From Alphaproteobacteria bacterium (GTDB lineage Bacteria > Pseudomonadota > Alphaproteobacteria > UBA7887), in NCBI GenBank assembly GCA_965216755.1, contig CBDCGL010000011.1, positions 160,001-224,000 on the forward strand: a DNA stretch of 64,000 nt, read 5' to 3'. The stretch's first letter is position 1, and each line of letters begins with the position of its first letter. Shown here in pieces: positions 32,531 through 42,874 of the stretch. Below the pieces are notes generated by a model that had not been told where the DNA came from, did not search any database, and saw only the letters and a list, made by a program, of their open reading frames with translations. The translations under genes and the position numbers were made by a program.

Positions 32531-34105
32531 ATGCATGATCACATCGTTATCGGCTCTGGTCCGGCTGGTGTCGCTGCAGCGTCTGCGCTCATTGAAGCCG
32601 GTCGTCGGGTTCTCATGCTCGATGTTGGCGAGGAATTGGAGCCAGATTGCCAAGATCTGCGGCGTCGATTGGGGAGCCTGGAACCGGACCTTTGGCACGC
32701 TGACGATCGGCGGGAGTTCATAAAGCGCGCCACCGGCACGCAAGCGGAAGGCAAAAAGCCCTTCGGGTCGGACATATTGTTTCGCGATCCAGTTGGCTTT
32801 TTTGGGAATGGCCGCTCCACAAGTGAGTTTCAACTTAAGCCTTCGTTTGCAAAAGGTGGGTTGAGCAACGGCTGGGGTGCAGCTGTACTCCCTTATCGTT
32901 CGCAAGACATTGAAAGCTGGCCGATTGATATTGACGACCTTGCGCCGCATTACCAAGCCGTTGCGGCCTTTATGCCGATCGCGGCACGCCTTGACGACTT
33001 GCAAGACATGTTCCCAGCGCACCCTATTCGCGACAATCAACCCTTGGCGCTGAGTTCGCAGGCGGCACGCTTGGTCCGCCGTTTGGAGAAAAGGAAATCG
33101 CACCTGCGGGATTTGGGAATCTATTTTGGACAAGCGCGTCAAGCTGCGTCGGCGGCGTGCCACAAATGCGCGATGTGTCTCTACGGGTGCCCCTATGACT
33201 TTATCTACGACACAACCAAAACGATCCGAGCGCTTGAACGTCACGGGGGGCTGCGCTATGTGCGTGGGCACTATGTCACCGAGTTTGATGAGCAGGGGGA
33301 GAGTGTCTCAGTTCGCGGCTACGATCCAATGACGCGCGCGAGATTTGAGGTGTACGGTGCGAAAGTGTTTATCGCGGCGGGCGTGCTGCCGACGGCGAAA
33401 ATCGTGCTCAACACAATCGCGCCGGGCGATCACACGGTCACACTGAAGGACAGCCAGCACTTCTTTTTGCCTCTGCTACATACCTGGTGGCCGAAGCCCG
33501 ATCCTGCGCTGGAAAAGCGTCACACGCTAACCCAGCTATTTATTGAACTTGCCGATTCGCACTCGGCAGCACGCGCTGTTCATTTTCAACTGTATACTTA
33601 CAATGATTTCTTTGCTAAAGATATGCGCGAGAGGCTTGGCAAGCTATCGAGAGGACTCGGGCCGTTGGTTGATCACATCAGTCGACGGTTGATCGTTGCG
33701 CAAGGTTTTTTGCATTCTGATGAGTCAGCATCGGTTAAGATTCGACGATGTGATGCGAGCGCTGGTGCGGAGCTTGATTTCGCCGTCGTAGGGAACACTC
33801 GATCGGCCGCCGCGGTGCAGCGGAGCATCAAGCGTATGCGAACTGCCTTGATGCGATCGGGCCTGGTGGCGCTGAATGCCTTTTGTCATATGGGTGCCGT
33901 GGGGAGCAGTTTTCACTGCGGTGGAACATTTCCAATGAGCGCTGAACCGGGTCCGCTGCAAACAGATACGATGGGACGGCTACACGGATTCACTCGGAGC
34001 TTTATCGTGGATGCTTCAGTTTTTTCAAGCGTTCCCGCCACAACCATCACTTTTTCGGTAATGGCGAACGCGCACCGTATCGCCGCCGCGGCGGCCCAAA
34101 CGTGA
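32531..34105 (+). CDS. GMC-family FAD oxidoreductase
   Basis: GSGPAG, GGLSNGWGA, CHKCAMCLYGC, HCGGTFPM, VDASVF...TFSVMANAHRIA. Confidence 0.82.
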   Translation: MHDHIVIGSGPAGVAAASALIEAGRRVLMLDVGEELEPDCQDLRRRLGSLEPDLWHADDRREFIKRATGTQAEGKKPFGSDILFRDPVGFFGNGRSTSEFQLKPSFAKGGLSNGWGAAVLPYRSQDIESWPIDIDDLAPHYQAVAAFMPIAARLDDLQDMFPAHPIRDNQPLALSSQAARLVRRLEKRKSHLRDLGIYFGQARQAASAACHKCAMCLYGCPYDFIYDTTKTIRALERHGGLRYVRGHYVTEFDEQGESVSVRGYDPMTRARFEVYGAKVFIAAGVLPTAKIVLNTIAPGDHTVTLKDSQHFFLPLLHTWWPKPDPALEKRHTLTQLFIELADSHSAARAVHFQLYTYNDFFAKDMRERLGKLSRGLGPLVDHISRRLIVAQGFLHSDESASVKIRRCDASAGAELDFAVVGNTRSAAAVQRSIKRMRTALMRSGLVALNAFCHMGAVGSSFHCGGTFPMSAEPGPLQTDTMGRLHGFTRSFIVDASVFSSVPATTITFSVMANAHRIAAAAAQT

Positions 34106-34119
34106 GGCGGCGTGGGTCA

Positions 34120-35313
34120 CTATGTTCGGTGCTTCGAAAGGTACCTTGATCGAACATAGGGCTCGGTTTTCTTGATGCCGTCAGCGAAGGTGTAGCGGGG
34201 CGCGTATCCAAGTTCCCGGCGAGCTTTATCAATAGAACAACGCCCTGACCCACAGTAGAGCGCGATTTCGTCGGCTGTCGGTTCATATACGATCTCGCCG
34301 CGTTGTCTTTGCAGACGACGCAGCATATGCCGCAAATGCGACACGGTCGAGGCGCCAAGAGTCGACTGCAGCCCGCGACGCAGTCGATAAGTCGCTAAGT
34401 GAACGGCATGTCCCAATGAGGATGTAACGGCCTGCCGGTTCATGATCTGCTCTGTGTTCTGTGCCAAATCCATGGCACGGTACACAATAGAATTGCGACC
34501 GATCATGTCTTGGTATGCTTCGAAATAGTCAGACCAGGTCACCACATCGGGCCCAGATATGATGTAGGAACTGGCATTGGCCGTCTCCGCGGTGGCTGCA
34601 CACAACAGACCGTCGACAACATCATCCACAAAGACTGCGTTGCAGAAGCCCTCGGCACGATTGGGAAGTATTATTTTCCCGTCCAGGAGTTGCTCGATTT
34701 TCTGATCCGTCCAAAGCCAACTATACGGACCATACACAATGGTCGGTTGAATAATAACGGATTCAAGATTTCCCTTATCAGCCTGCCCGCGCAGCTTGCT
34801 TTCCATGGCAAGCTTTGCGGATTTGTACGGATTGTCCGGCGCGCTCAGCGGCGATTGCTCGGTAACGTCGCCGTTCGGCCAATCTCGGTAGACGACAATA
34901 GAGCTGACATGCACCAGCTTGGCAACTTGGTTTGCAACGCAGGCGTTCAACAAGTTGTCAAAATTGGTTAGATTTGTGCGCGCCGACCCGCCAAAATCAT
35001 GGGCTAAGTTAAAGACGATGCCACGCTCCGGAACCACCTTCTCAAGTGTGCGGGCATCCGACAAGTTCCCGCGAACGATTCGGACATTGTGCTGTTTGAG
35101 CCGTTTGGCACGGTGTCGATCGCGCGCGAGGACCGTCAAATCCACTTCGTCGACGGCGCACAGTTTGTCAGTCAGGCGCGCACCGATAAAACCCGTTGCA
35201 CCTGTGACCAGGACTTTTCGATTTTTCAACACCGCCTTTGCGGCGGCAGGTTGAGCAGGCAAATTTGTCATGGCAACGCCTTTAAAGTGTCCGTCGGCCG
35301 CATCGTCGGACAC
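34120..35313 (-). CDS. NAD-dependent epimerase/dehydratase (extended SDR)
   Basis: VTGATGFIG, HVSSIVVY, YKSAK catalytic motif, PTIVYGP, ARRELGYAP. Confidence 0.85.
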   Translation of the reverse strand: MSDDAADGHFKGVAMTNLPAQPAAAKAVLKNRKVLVTGATGFIGARLTDKLCAVDEVDLTVLARDRHRAKRLKQHNVRIVRGNLSDARTLEKVVPERGIVFNLAHDFGGSARTNLTNFDNLLNACVANQVAKLVHVSSIVVYRDWPNGDVTEQSPLSAPDNPYKSAKLAMESKLRGQADKGNLESVIIQPTIVYGPYSWLWTDQKIEQLLDGKIILPNRAEGFCNAVFVDDVVDGLLCAATAETANASSYIISGPDVVTWSDYFEAYQDMIGRNSIVYRAMDLAQNTEQIMNRQAVTSSLGHAVHLATYRLRRGLQSTLGASTVSHLRHMLRRLQRQRGEIVYEPTADEIALYCGSGRCSIDKARRELGYAPRYTFADGIKKTEPYVRSRYLSKHRT

Positions 35314-35327
35314 TGCTCTAGCTGCGG

Positions 35328-36464
35328 CTAAGACGCAAGCAGCTCATTGTACAATGCTTCGATCTTTGGGTTCATATGGTCCAGCGCGAAACGGTCTTCA
35401 GCGCCGCGCGCGCGTGCCGCCGTAGACATTCGTCCCCTTAGCTGATCATCGGATACAAGCTGCATGACACTTGCCGTCAAAGCGTCAACATCTCCCACTG
35501 GTACAACAACGCCGACTTCGCTTGTGACCAATTCGGTCACGCCGCCGGTGTCGCACGCGATAACCGGGAGGCCCGCCCGGAACGCCTCGACGATCGAAAT
35601 CGGTAAGGCTTCCCAACGCGACGGCAAAAGAAACACGTCCGCAGCTCTAAGATATGCATGCGGTTGATCTGAATAGCCAACAAACGTCACGCGCGATTGG
35701 ATACCGGCCTCGGTAGCCATTGATTCCAACTCGCACCGCAATGGCCCGTCTCCAACGACAACAAAATGGACATCCTTTCGGCGCGCGGTAACACGTTTCG
35801 CCACGTCAACCAAAAGATCGATTCCCTTTTGAACCGCTAAGCGTCCGACCGTAACAACCAAATACTTCGCGTCATTGCTAAGGTAAGAATGTCTCAAATT
35901 TTGCCACTCGGCTTCCGCGATTGTGGGAGGCGGCGCGATTCCAAGACCAACGACGCGCAATTTCTTCTGCGGAACACCCAGGCGGCTGAGATCGTTGGCC
36001 GCTCGCTGACTTAAGGCGATAACCTTGTTACAGGCAAATCTGCTGGTTCGGGCGACTTCCGGCAATCGTCCTTCAGTGGCGCCATGAAACGTGAACACGA
36101 TGGGGATCGACAACCCGAGCACCGCAATTCTTGCCACAATGGCCGCGGCGGTCTCGTGAACGTGAACCAGGTCGATTTGCCGGGCCTTCAGCACTCGCCG
36201 AAGCTTCAGGGCACAGCGTATTGCCGCCACGACCCGCAATATGCGGGATTTGGGTTCAGACGCGAAGTCCTCGAGCTGGGTGACTTGGTCGATGTCCAAG
36301 GAAACGAACGATTCATCGATGTTCGGATTCAGCAACGTTCCCGGACAACCGCCGATCGACACTTCGTGGCCGCGCGCGCGCAGCCACTTGCTCAGCGCCA
36401 AAATATGTATCTGAATGCCGCCGCCGCGGGCGAAGAACGTTGAAAGCTCAAGAATGCGCATCAC
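35328..36464 (-). CDS. GT4 glycosyltransferase
   Basis: GGIQIH, VGRLAVQKG, PSRWEALPISIVEA (EX7E). Confidence 0.9.
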   Translation of the reverse strand: MMRILELSTFFARGGGIQIHILALSKWLRARGHEVSIGGCPGTLLNPNIDESFVSLDIDQVTQLEDFASEPKSRILRVVAAIRCALKLRRVLKARQIDLVHVHETAAAIVARIAVLGLSIPIVFTFHGATEGRLPEVARTSRFACNKVIALSQRAANDLSRLGVPQKKLRVVGLGIAPPPTIAEAEWQNLRHSYLSNDAKYLVVTVGRLAVQKGIDLLVDVAKRVTARRKDVHFVVVGDGPLRCELESMATEAGIQSRVTFVGYSDQPHAYLRAADVFLLPSRWEALPISIVEAFRAGLPVIACDTGGVTELVTSEVGVVVPVGDVDALTASVMQLVSDDQLRGRMSTAARARGAEDRFALDHMNPKIEALYNELLAS

Positions 36465-36557
36465 CGCGTTTACGGCCCAACCGTTTGCGCACGCATATTG
36501 CGCGCGAGCCCACCGGTGTGTGTCATCGCCGAGAATGCGTGTGCGGCGGGGCGGCTG

Positions 36558-38087
36558 TTACATGCTGACATAAACTTGCAGGGCACCTTGGTTCAACGTT
36601 CCCTCGAAAGTCTTGTTCAGAACATATCTTCGTTCCAAATGTGCGGCCAAATCTGGATACTTTCGTTTTGTGCGATTTGGAAAGGCGATGACAATCCAAG
36701 TACGCTCAAATCTGCCGTCAATTTCTTCTAGGTGCCGCTGTGACTCAATGGTAATCCAGTCGGTACCGTAATATTGATCGAAAGCGGCCGCAGCAAGGCC
36801 GAATGTCACGACGACGTCACTGGTCCCGCGGACCTTGTTTACATAGTCAAGAGTTCCTTCGTAGTCCTGCTTTGGGTGCTCGTAATTGCGCAAGAGTAGA
36901 GGAACGGAAACAATAAACATCAACATCGAAGCCAACAAAAATAGATGATCGCGGTTGATCGGCAATGAAAACCAGCGTTTAGCAAAATCTGACAGAATGT
37001 TGCAAGAAATCAGAACGCCGTTTGTGATGAACAACAATATGAACCCAATATCTATAAAGAAGAATCGTGGCCAAATGCGCATGGATAGGGCAAGTAAAGT
37101 AAAAAGCGTTACAAATACATGTATAGCGAGAATCAGTGGAAGGGCTGGGACTCGCCGGCCGATGCCAACGGCGCCGATCACAGTCAATGTGATTGCGATC
37201 AATGCGACTCCGGAAGTTAGAAGGCTTGGCACCGCGACACTGCGGAGAATCTCGACCGCGGCCCAGATTGGGCTTTGGTATTCCTTCATGACATCGACTT
37301 CGGATGTGTCGGCCACCGTCGAAACCGTAAGCGCGAGCTGGGACAAAATGGGCCAATAGAGAATCAGCGTGACCAGCGCACCGCACGCGAACCCTAGCAA
37401 GGGAACGACTTGGTCCGATATGTGCGATGGCGCGCGCAGGTTGCTCGGCAGGCGAACACGTGGCACATAGCGAGCGATGAGCATGATCACATAGGTGAGC
37501 CCGTGTGCCGCGACAAAGAAGGCGGCAGTCAAGTGCGTATACAAAGCGGCCGCGACAACCACGCCATAGCCCAGCCAAAGCCGCCAACGTGGCTCCCGTA
37601 CACCCTCCAGGAACATGATTGTGGCGAGGACGTACCAGAACAAGATCTCGGTATAACCGCGCGCATTCTGCGAGAACCACACGTGGTGATACGATATGGC
37701 TAGGAGCACGGCGACAACGTGCGCTAGGGAGGTCGACGCGACACGTCGGGTCAGTACCCACATCGCGCCAATGCTCAACACACCGAAGATGAGGGCCGGC
37801 AAACGCACTGTCCAATTGTGCTCGCCGGCGATTGCAATCACAGCTTTGGCCTGAAGGCTGTAAAATATATGGTTGTTCATCTCCGAAAGATCGGAGGTCA
37901 CGGTCGAAATTGGCTGTCTGATTGAACTCAGAATCGTATGGATCTCGTCGTGCCACAGCGAGTCATTGAGACCAACAAGACGCAAAACCGCAGCCAGCGT
38001 CAGGATTCCAACAAGAACCATCACGCCCGCGTCAGAATTTGAAGTCCCGTCGCGTCTCATCTTCGGGCATATCCTCCTGCCAAACAC
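36558..38087 (-). CDS. GT-C fold glycosyltransferase (PMT/GT39-83-like)
   Basis: LRLVGLNDSLWHDE, VRLPALIFG, WFSQNARGY, YTH; polytopic. Confidence 0.75.
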   Translation of the reverse strand: MFGRRICPKMRRDGTSNSDAGVMVLVGILTLAAVLRLVGLNDSLWHDEIHTILSSIRQPISTVTSDLSEMNNHIFYSLQAKAVIAIAGEHNWTVRLPALIFGVLSIGAMWVLTRRVASTSLAHVVAVLLAISYHHVWFSQNARGYTEILFWYVLATIMFLEGVREPRWRLWLGYGVVVAAALYTHLTAAFFVAAHGLTYVIMLIARYVPRVRLPSNLRAPSHISDQVVPLLGFACGALVTLILYWPILSQLALTVSTVADTSEVDVMKEYQSPIWAAVEILRSVAVPSLLTSGVALIAITLTVIGAVGIGRRVPALPLILAIHVFVTLFTLLALSMRIWPRFFFIDIGFILLFITNGVLISCNILSDFAKRWFSLPINRDHLFLLASMLMFIVSVPLLLRNYEHPKQDYEGTLDYVNKVRGTSDVVVTFGLAAAAFDQYYGTDWITIESQRHLEEIDGRFERTWIVIAFPNRTKRKYPDLAAHLERRYVLNKTFEGTLNQGALQVYVSM

Positions 38088-38231
38088 TTATCCGCAAAAC
38101 CTCTAGAGGAATAAAGCTCTGGTGCAGTTACGGCAGATTACCCGCATTTGGCGGCGAAAAGGCGATTGCGCTCGACCCGGGCGGGTCGCTTTTGCGTGCG
38201 ACACAAGCAGGACCTTTGATTGCAAATGATA

Positions 38232-38384
38232 TTATTCAGAATGATCGGATGTCGCTCTAAACCAATAGATCCCGTTCAACACCTTCCGATCATCCACCCG
38301 CGGCACACCGCGAGGCTTGTTCGGCAACAACGGTTCGATGATCGACCATTCAAAGTCCGTCAGTTCATAACGCCGTGTCAGCAT
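38232..38384 (-). pseudogene. IS5-family transposase N-terminal fragment
   Basis: Translates as MLTRRYELTDFEWSIIEPLLPNKPRGVPRVDDRKVLNGIYW and then breaks off; too short for the ORF track. Confidence 0.85.
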
Positions 38385-38443
38385 CCAAGTCAAACCGCTC
38401 AATGGTCGTCCGGCCCGCCGTCCGCCAGACCGCGCGACGGGGG

Positions 38444-40399
38444 TTATTTCCAGTGGATCCCGTAAACCGACTCAATTGCCCACAATTGATCACCGACGCC
38501 CAATAGCGTCACAATCGTCATTACGTCATTGGAATCATTCTTCAGTGAGACGCTGGCGCCCTTGTGCGCGATCGCGTCGGTCGGCTGCGGCTTGATCTCG
38601 AATTTATCCGCGCGCTCTTTCACAAACGTGAAACGCAGACCGACCTTCGCCGGCGGCAACTCGTAAAGCGTGGCGGCGCCTGCGGGTACATGTCCATTGG
38701 AAAAAATGCCCCCGGTTTCGTGCGATTCGATCCTCGACGCCGGATTCAGCATGGTCGGTGCTTGGACCACCGGCCCTTGGTTGAAGCGCCATCCCGGCCC
38801 TTCCAATTTATTCTCGTTCGCATTTACAATATTTGCATACACATGCGTCGGACCCAAATTAGGTGCGATACTCGGTGTAAACGGGTCGGGATCGATCACG
38901 TGCAGGAATTCGTGCACATCGTGCGCGACGTTACCTGTGACCGTCGTGTTGCTGGTGCCCCGAAGCGTGTCATTTCTCAATGTCAGGAACGTTTGAGATC
39001 CAACAACCCTGTTGCCGATCACGTCGATCTGATCTGTTCCGAGGAGAAATAAGGCCTGCTTGCCGCCGTTCACGGTGTTGTCCTGAATTTCCACGTTGCT
39101 GGCGGTACCGACGCGGATGCCGCGAGACATATGCCCAGCATGTATTATGTTCCCCGCAACCCGAATATGAGCGACCCTGTCAAGGCAATTTCCGGCCGTG
39201 ACATCACCGTCAAAGGACACCCCCGCCATGTTGTCGTCCAAGATGTTGGGATAAAGGATGTTGTGAGACACTGATCCGTGCGTCAATTTGTTGGCTAATT
39301 TCCCGCCGATCAACTTATACTCGATGGCGTGGTTCGTATTGTCGTACACGATGTTATGGTTGACGATAATGTTCTCACCGTCATTGACCGCCACGTCTAT
39401 GCCATCCCGGCCGCTACCGCCGGAAATATTGTTGAGGATAAAGATATTATGATGCTTGACCGCGCCGATATTCTCGTCTGTCGTTCCTGCTAGCTTTATA
39501 CCATCATTATTGATCGTATTCAGGGCGCGATTTCGTTCAATCCAGGCGCCGTCAATATCTCCTCGGAGCTGAATGCCCATGTAAAATACGCCATCCAAAT
39601 AGTTGTCTGAGACTCGTATATTCTCGCCGCCCCACACGTCAACGCCCATGCCGCCGCCAAGAAATTTGGACTTGCGAACCGATAAATGGTGTACGCGGTG
39701 CGCCCGCACAGCCGTCACCACTTCGGCGGCGGGCTTTCCCGGCACGTGCTTCGGCATGTGAAAGTCAATGCCCTCGATCAGGATGTGATGCCGCACTGAG
39801 GCCTGTTGACCGATTTCGAAAATTTGGAGATGGACAAACTGACCTTGGGCGTTCTTTTGGGGCTCACCGACAAGGATCGCACGGCCGCCCGCCGACCGGA
39901 TCGTGTAGTTGTCCCTGTTGACTTTTATCGACTTGACGACGGTATATGTGCCGCCCCAGAGCAGCACTGTTCCGCCATCTTTCAGTGAATCTAGGGCGAG
40001 CGAAATGGCCTTATGCGCCAGAATATTGGGTGGGTCGCCGGGGGCCGGCGCCGGGTCCGGCGCGCCGACGATTTGCACCAGGTCTCCGAACTTCGATTGG
40101 GCCTGTTGCGCCCAGGATTGGATGGGAGGCTGGATCGTCTTTGGGAACACGATCGCGGTGCGACCGTCGCTCAACAGGCCGAGATCCGGGAGGACGCAGC
40201 TGCCATCGCCAAGCAGTACTTCTCCTGATGCGCACAGCGTGTGTGCGCTTTCGTCCGGCCCACATTGCCACATGTTGGAAGTCCATTTGACAACTTCGTC
40301 ATCTGAGCATGTCAGTGGATCGATGGTGTGACCGCGTGCACTCATGGTCGCCAACCCAATCCATAGTACCACAACAACGAGACATGGAATTCTGGACAT
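38444..40399 (-). CDS. Secreted right-handed parallel beta-helix protein (pectin-lyase/tailspike-like)
   Basis: Signal peptide after a GGGAGG RBS; GGTVLLWGGTYTV entry motif; repeated N/I/G strands (NIRVSDN, DGIDV, NVEIQDN, TTVTGN). Confidence 0.75.
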   Translation of the reverse strand: MSRIPCLVVVVLWIGLATMSARGHTIDPLTCSDDEVVKWTSNMWQCGPDESAHTLCASGEVLLGDGSCVLPDLGLLSDGRTAIVFPKTIQPPIQSWAQQAQSKFGDLVQIVGAPDPAPAPGDPPNILAHKAISLALDSLKDGGTVLLWGGTYTVVKSIKVNRDNYTIRSAGGRAILVGEPQKNAQGQFVHLQIFEIGQQASVRHHILIEGIDFHMPKHVPGKPAAEVVTAVRAHRVHHLSVRKSKFLGGGMGVDVWGGENIRVSDNYLDGVFYMGIQLRGDIDGAWIERNRALNTINNDGIKLAGTTDENIGAVKHHNIFILNNISGGSGRDGIDVAVNDGENIIVNHNIVYDNTNHAIEYKLIGGKLANKLTHGSVSHNILYPNILDDNMAGVSFDGDVTAGNCLDRVAHIRVAGNIIHAGHMSRGIRVGTASNVEIQDNTVNGGKQALFLLGTDQIDVIGNRVVGSQTFLTLRNDTLRGTSNTTVTGNVAHDVHEFLHVIDPDPFTPSIAPNLGPTHVYANIVNANENKLEGPGWRFNQGPVVQAPTMLNPASRIESHETGGIFSNGHVPAGAATLYELPPAKVGLRFTFVKERADKFEIKPQPTDAIAHKGASVSLKNDSNDVMTIVTLLGVGDQLWAIESVYGIHWK

Positions 40400-40530
40400 T
40401 TTGCTGCCTCCCTGTCCGGAAACGCAAAACTGATGGCACGGCGAACGCCGTGCGTGATCGGCATTCCTAGTCGACATCCCCTACATGGCTGACCCTTGTA
40501 GAGAGAATGGCCGGCTCCCGCCGAATTGAA

Positions 40531-41828
40531 CTGACATCCCCCAGATGGATGCCAACGGGCGGAAAGTGTGACCGGCCGATGCCGATATGGCAAGCCTCTC
40601 CTGCAACCGGCTCCGGCGCAGAGCCCCTCGACCGTCTCTAAGGCGGCGTTTCGGGTGGTACGGGCCCGACCCGCCCAAACTTTGAGCGTGCGCCGGCTTT
40701 TTCGGCCATTTCCGCACTTTGCGGGCAAGAAATCGAACACGCGTTCTGCGGAAACGCTGAGATTGGTTACTAGAAACCCGACACGGGGCAATAATTCACC
40801 GAGATGCCATTCGACCTTGACGACGACACGCCGCTTGATGTCCCAGCTGTTGGCGCGATAGCTGAGGTTCGCGAAATGGCGTTCGATGGTCGAGGATGGC
40901 CGCCCGTGCCAGCGCTTCAACAGATAGCCAATCTTCTCGCCAAGAACCCATTGGCCGGCAGGCGCATCGCATAACCGAAATCTTCGGTTTCGAGGAACTC
41001 GAAAATATCAGGGCGAGCAAACGCCGCATCGGCCCGGAAATAGTGGCGCCACAGTGGTTGCCATCGGTATCGCGCGACCACCGGCTCCAACACATCACGC
41101 CAGCCATTCGCGCGCGTCACGTTGCCCGGACGCAACGCGCATCGTTCGAGATCGCCATCTTGATTGAACACAAAGATCGGGTGATAGCAGACACAGGTGA
41201 AGTGGCCATTATGGGCAGCGCCTTCCTGGTCGCCGTGAATCGGGCTCGCCGAACTGTCGATGTCGAGGGTCAGAGTGGGTGAGAGTTGACGGTCGCGAAC
41301 CTTGTCAATCCAACGACCGCCGAGGTCGCTCAAAGCGGCGAGGTTCCGCTTCTTGGTCAGCGTCTCGGTCTCGAAGCGGTCCATGTCACTCTCGCCGGCA
41401 CCACGCCGATCATACCGTCACGGCCGACGATGACGCGCATGATCGGATCTTGCGATAACCAGCTGGCATCGTTGACTTCCTCATAGCCGGCCAACCGGCC
41501 AAAGACCGACTGCCGGACCAAGGCCCGCAAGTTGTGTTGAGTATTCCGTCCAGTACGCTTGTCCCACAGCTCACAGCTCGCCATCTCAGTCAGGCCGAAG
41601 ACCTCGTCCAGCTCCCGGAATAGCAGCACACCGCCGTTGGAGCTCAGCTCGGTGCCGTGAAACTCGAGCCTGATCCGCCGGTCGAAATCCAATCGCAAGG
41701 CGTTGGTTTTTGCTTCACCCGTAGCAAACCCGATCCGCACAGGCATTCGCACACCCCATCGCATTGAAGCCAATGAGAAAGTTCGAATCCATCAGGAGAA
41801 CTTTGTCAAGCTATCTGGGGGATGCGGG
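40531..41828 (-). mobile_element. Degenerate IS1380-family element (frameshifted, internally deleted transposase)
   Basis: Fragments LSSNGGVLLFRELDE, LDIDSS...GDQEGAAHNGH, RADAAF, RRVVVKVEWH.GEL.PRVGF.VTNL spread over 3 frames; IRs CATCCCCCAGAT at ~40535 and its reverse complement at ~41813-41824. Confidence 0.88.
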
Positions 41829-41890
41829 CTTAGGCCGAACGCTATGTTTTCAGATTGGACGCGTCGCATGCCGTGGCCGGTGTGCAGCAC

Positions 41891-42862
41891 CTACTTTTTG
41901 GGCGATGCTTTCTTTTCTTCAATAAGGTCGGCAATGATTGTTTCTAAGGATGATCGCGGGCGATATCCGATAACGCGCTCGAGCTTGCTGACGTCGGGAA
42001 CGCGTCGCTGCATATCTTCGAAGCCGAATGTGTATGCCTGGTCGTACGGAATGACTTGAATTTCCGACGAGCTGCCAACGGTCTCTTTCACCAGTTCGGC
42101 CAGAGCTCGAATTGTGATTTCTTGGTCGTTGCCAATGTTGAATACTTGGCCGACGGCAGCGGGGGTGTCGATCAGCCGAACAATTGACTCGACCACGTCA
42201 TGGACATGGGCGAAGCATCTTGATTGTTCGCCCGATCCGTAAACCGTGATCGGATCGTTGTTCAACGCCTGACCCACGAAATTGGGCAAGACCATGCCGT
42301 ATTGGCCAGTCTGGCGCGGCCCCGTCGTATTAAACAGACGCGTAATGATCGTCGACACTTTGTTTTCCTGGGCATAAGCAAGTGCCAAACATTCATCCAG
42401 GGCTTTGGCGCACGCATAAGACCATCGAAGGTTGGCCGTCGAACCCATGACCAAATCATCATCTTCGCGAAATGGCGTTTTGGTGGACTTGCCGTAGACC
42501 TCGGAGGTCGATGCGATCAGAACCAACTTCTTCTGGGACGACGCCGCGTGGAGAATGTTTTCCGTACCATTTACATTGGTATGGATCGAGTGACTGGGTC
42601 GATCCAAGATTAGTTTGACGCCAACGGCAGCGGCCAAATGTATCGCCATGTCGCACTCATCGACCAACTCGATGACCAGTGACTGATCTCGGACCGAGCC
42701 AATCACGCAATTGAAGTTGGGGCGGTCGGCAAGCGACGCAATATTGCTCATCGATCCGGTGGACAAATTGTCCAACACAGTTACGCCGTGGTCGTCATTG
42801 AGGAGACGTTCGGCAAGGTGCGATCCAATAAAACCTGCACCTCCGGTTATGAGTATCTTCAT
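41891..42862 (-). CDS. NDP-sugar epimerase/dehydratase (UDP-glucose 4-epimerase/UDP-glucuronate decarboxylase-like)
   Basis: ITGGAGFIGSHL, HLAAAVGV, ASTSEVYG, RWSYACAK, RRVPDVSK. Confidence 0.9.
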   Translation of the reverse strand: MKILITGGAGFIGSHLAERLLNDDHGVTVLDNLSTGSMSNIASLADRPNFNCVIGSVRDQSLVIELVDECDMAIHLAAAVGVKLILDRPSHSIHTNVNGTENILHAASSQKKLVLIASTSEVYGKSTKTPFREDDDLVMGSTANLRWSYACAKALDECLALAYAQENKVSTIITRLFNTTGPRQTGQYGMVLPNFVGQALNNDPITVYGSGEQSRCFAHVHDVVESIVRLIDTPAAVGQVFNIGNDQEITIRALAELVKETVGSSSEIQVIPYDQAYTFGFEDMQRRVPDVSKLERVIGYRPRSSLETIIADLIEEKKASPKK

Positions 42863-42874
42863 GTGTTGGTCAAC

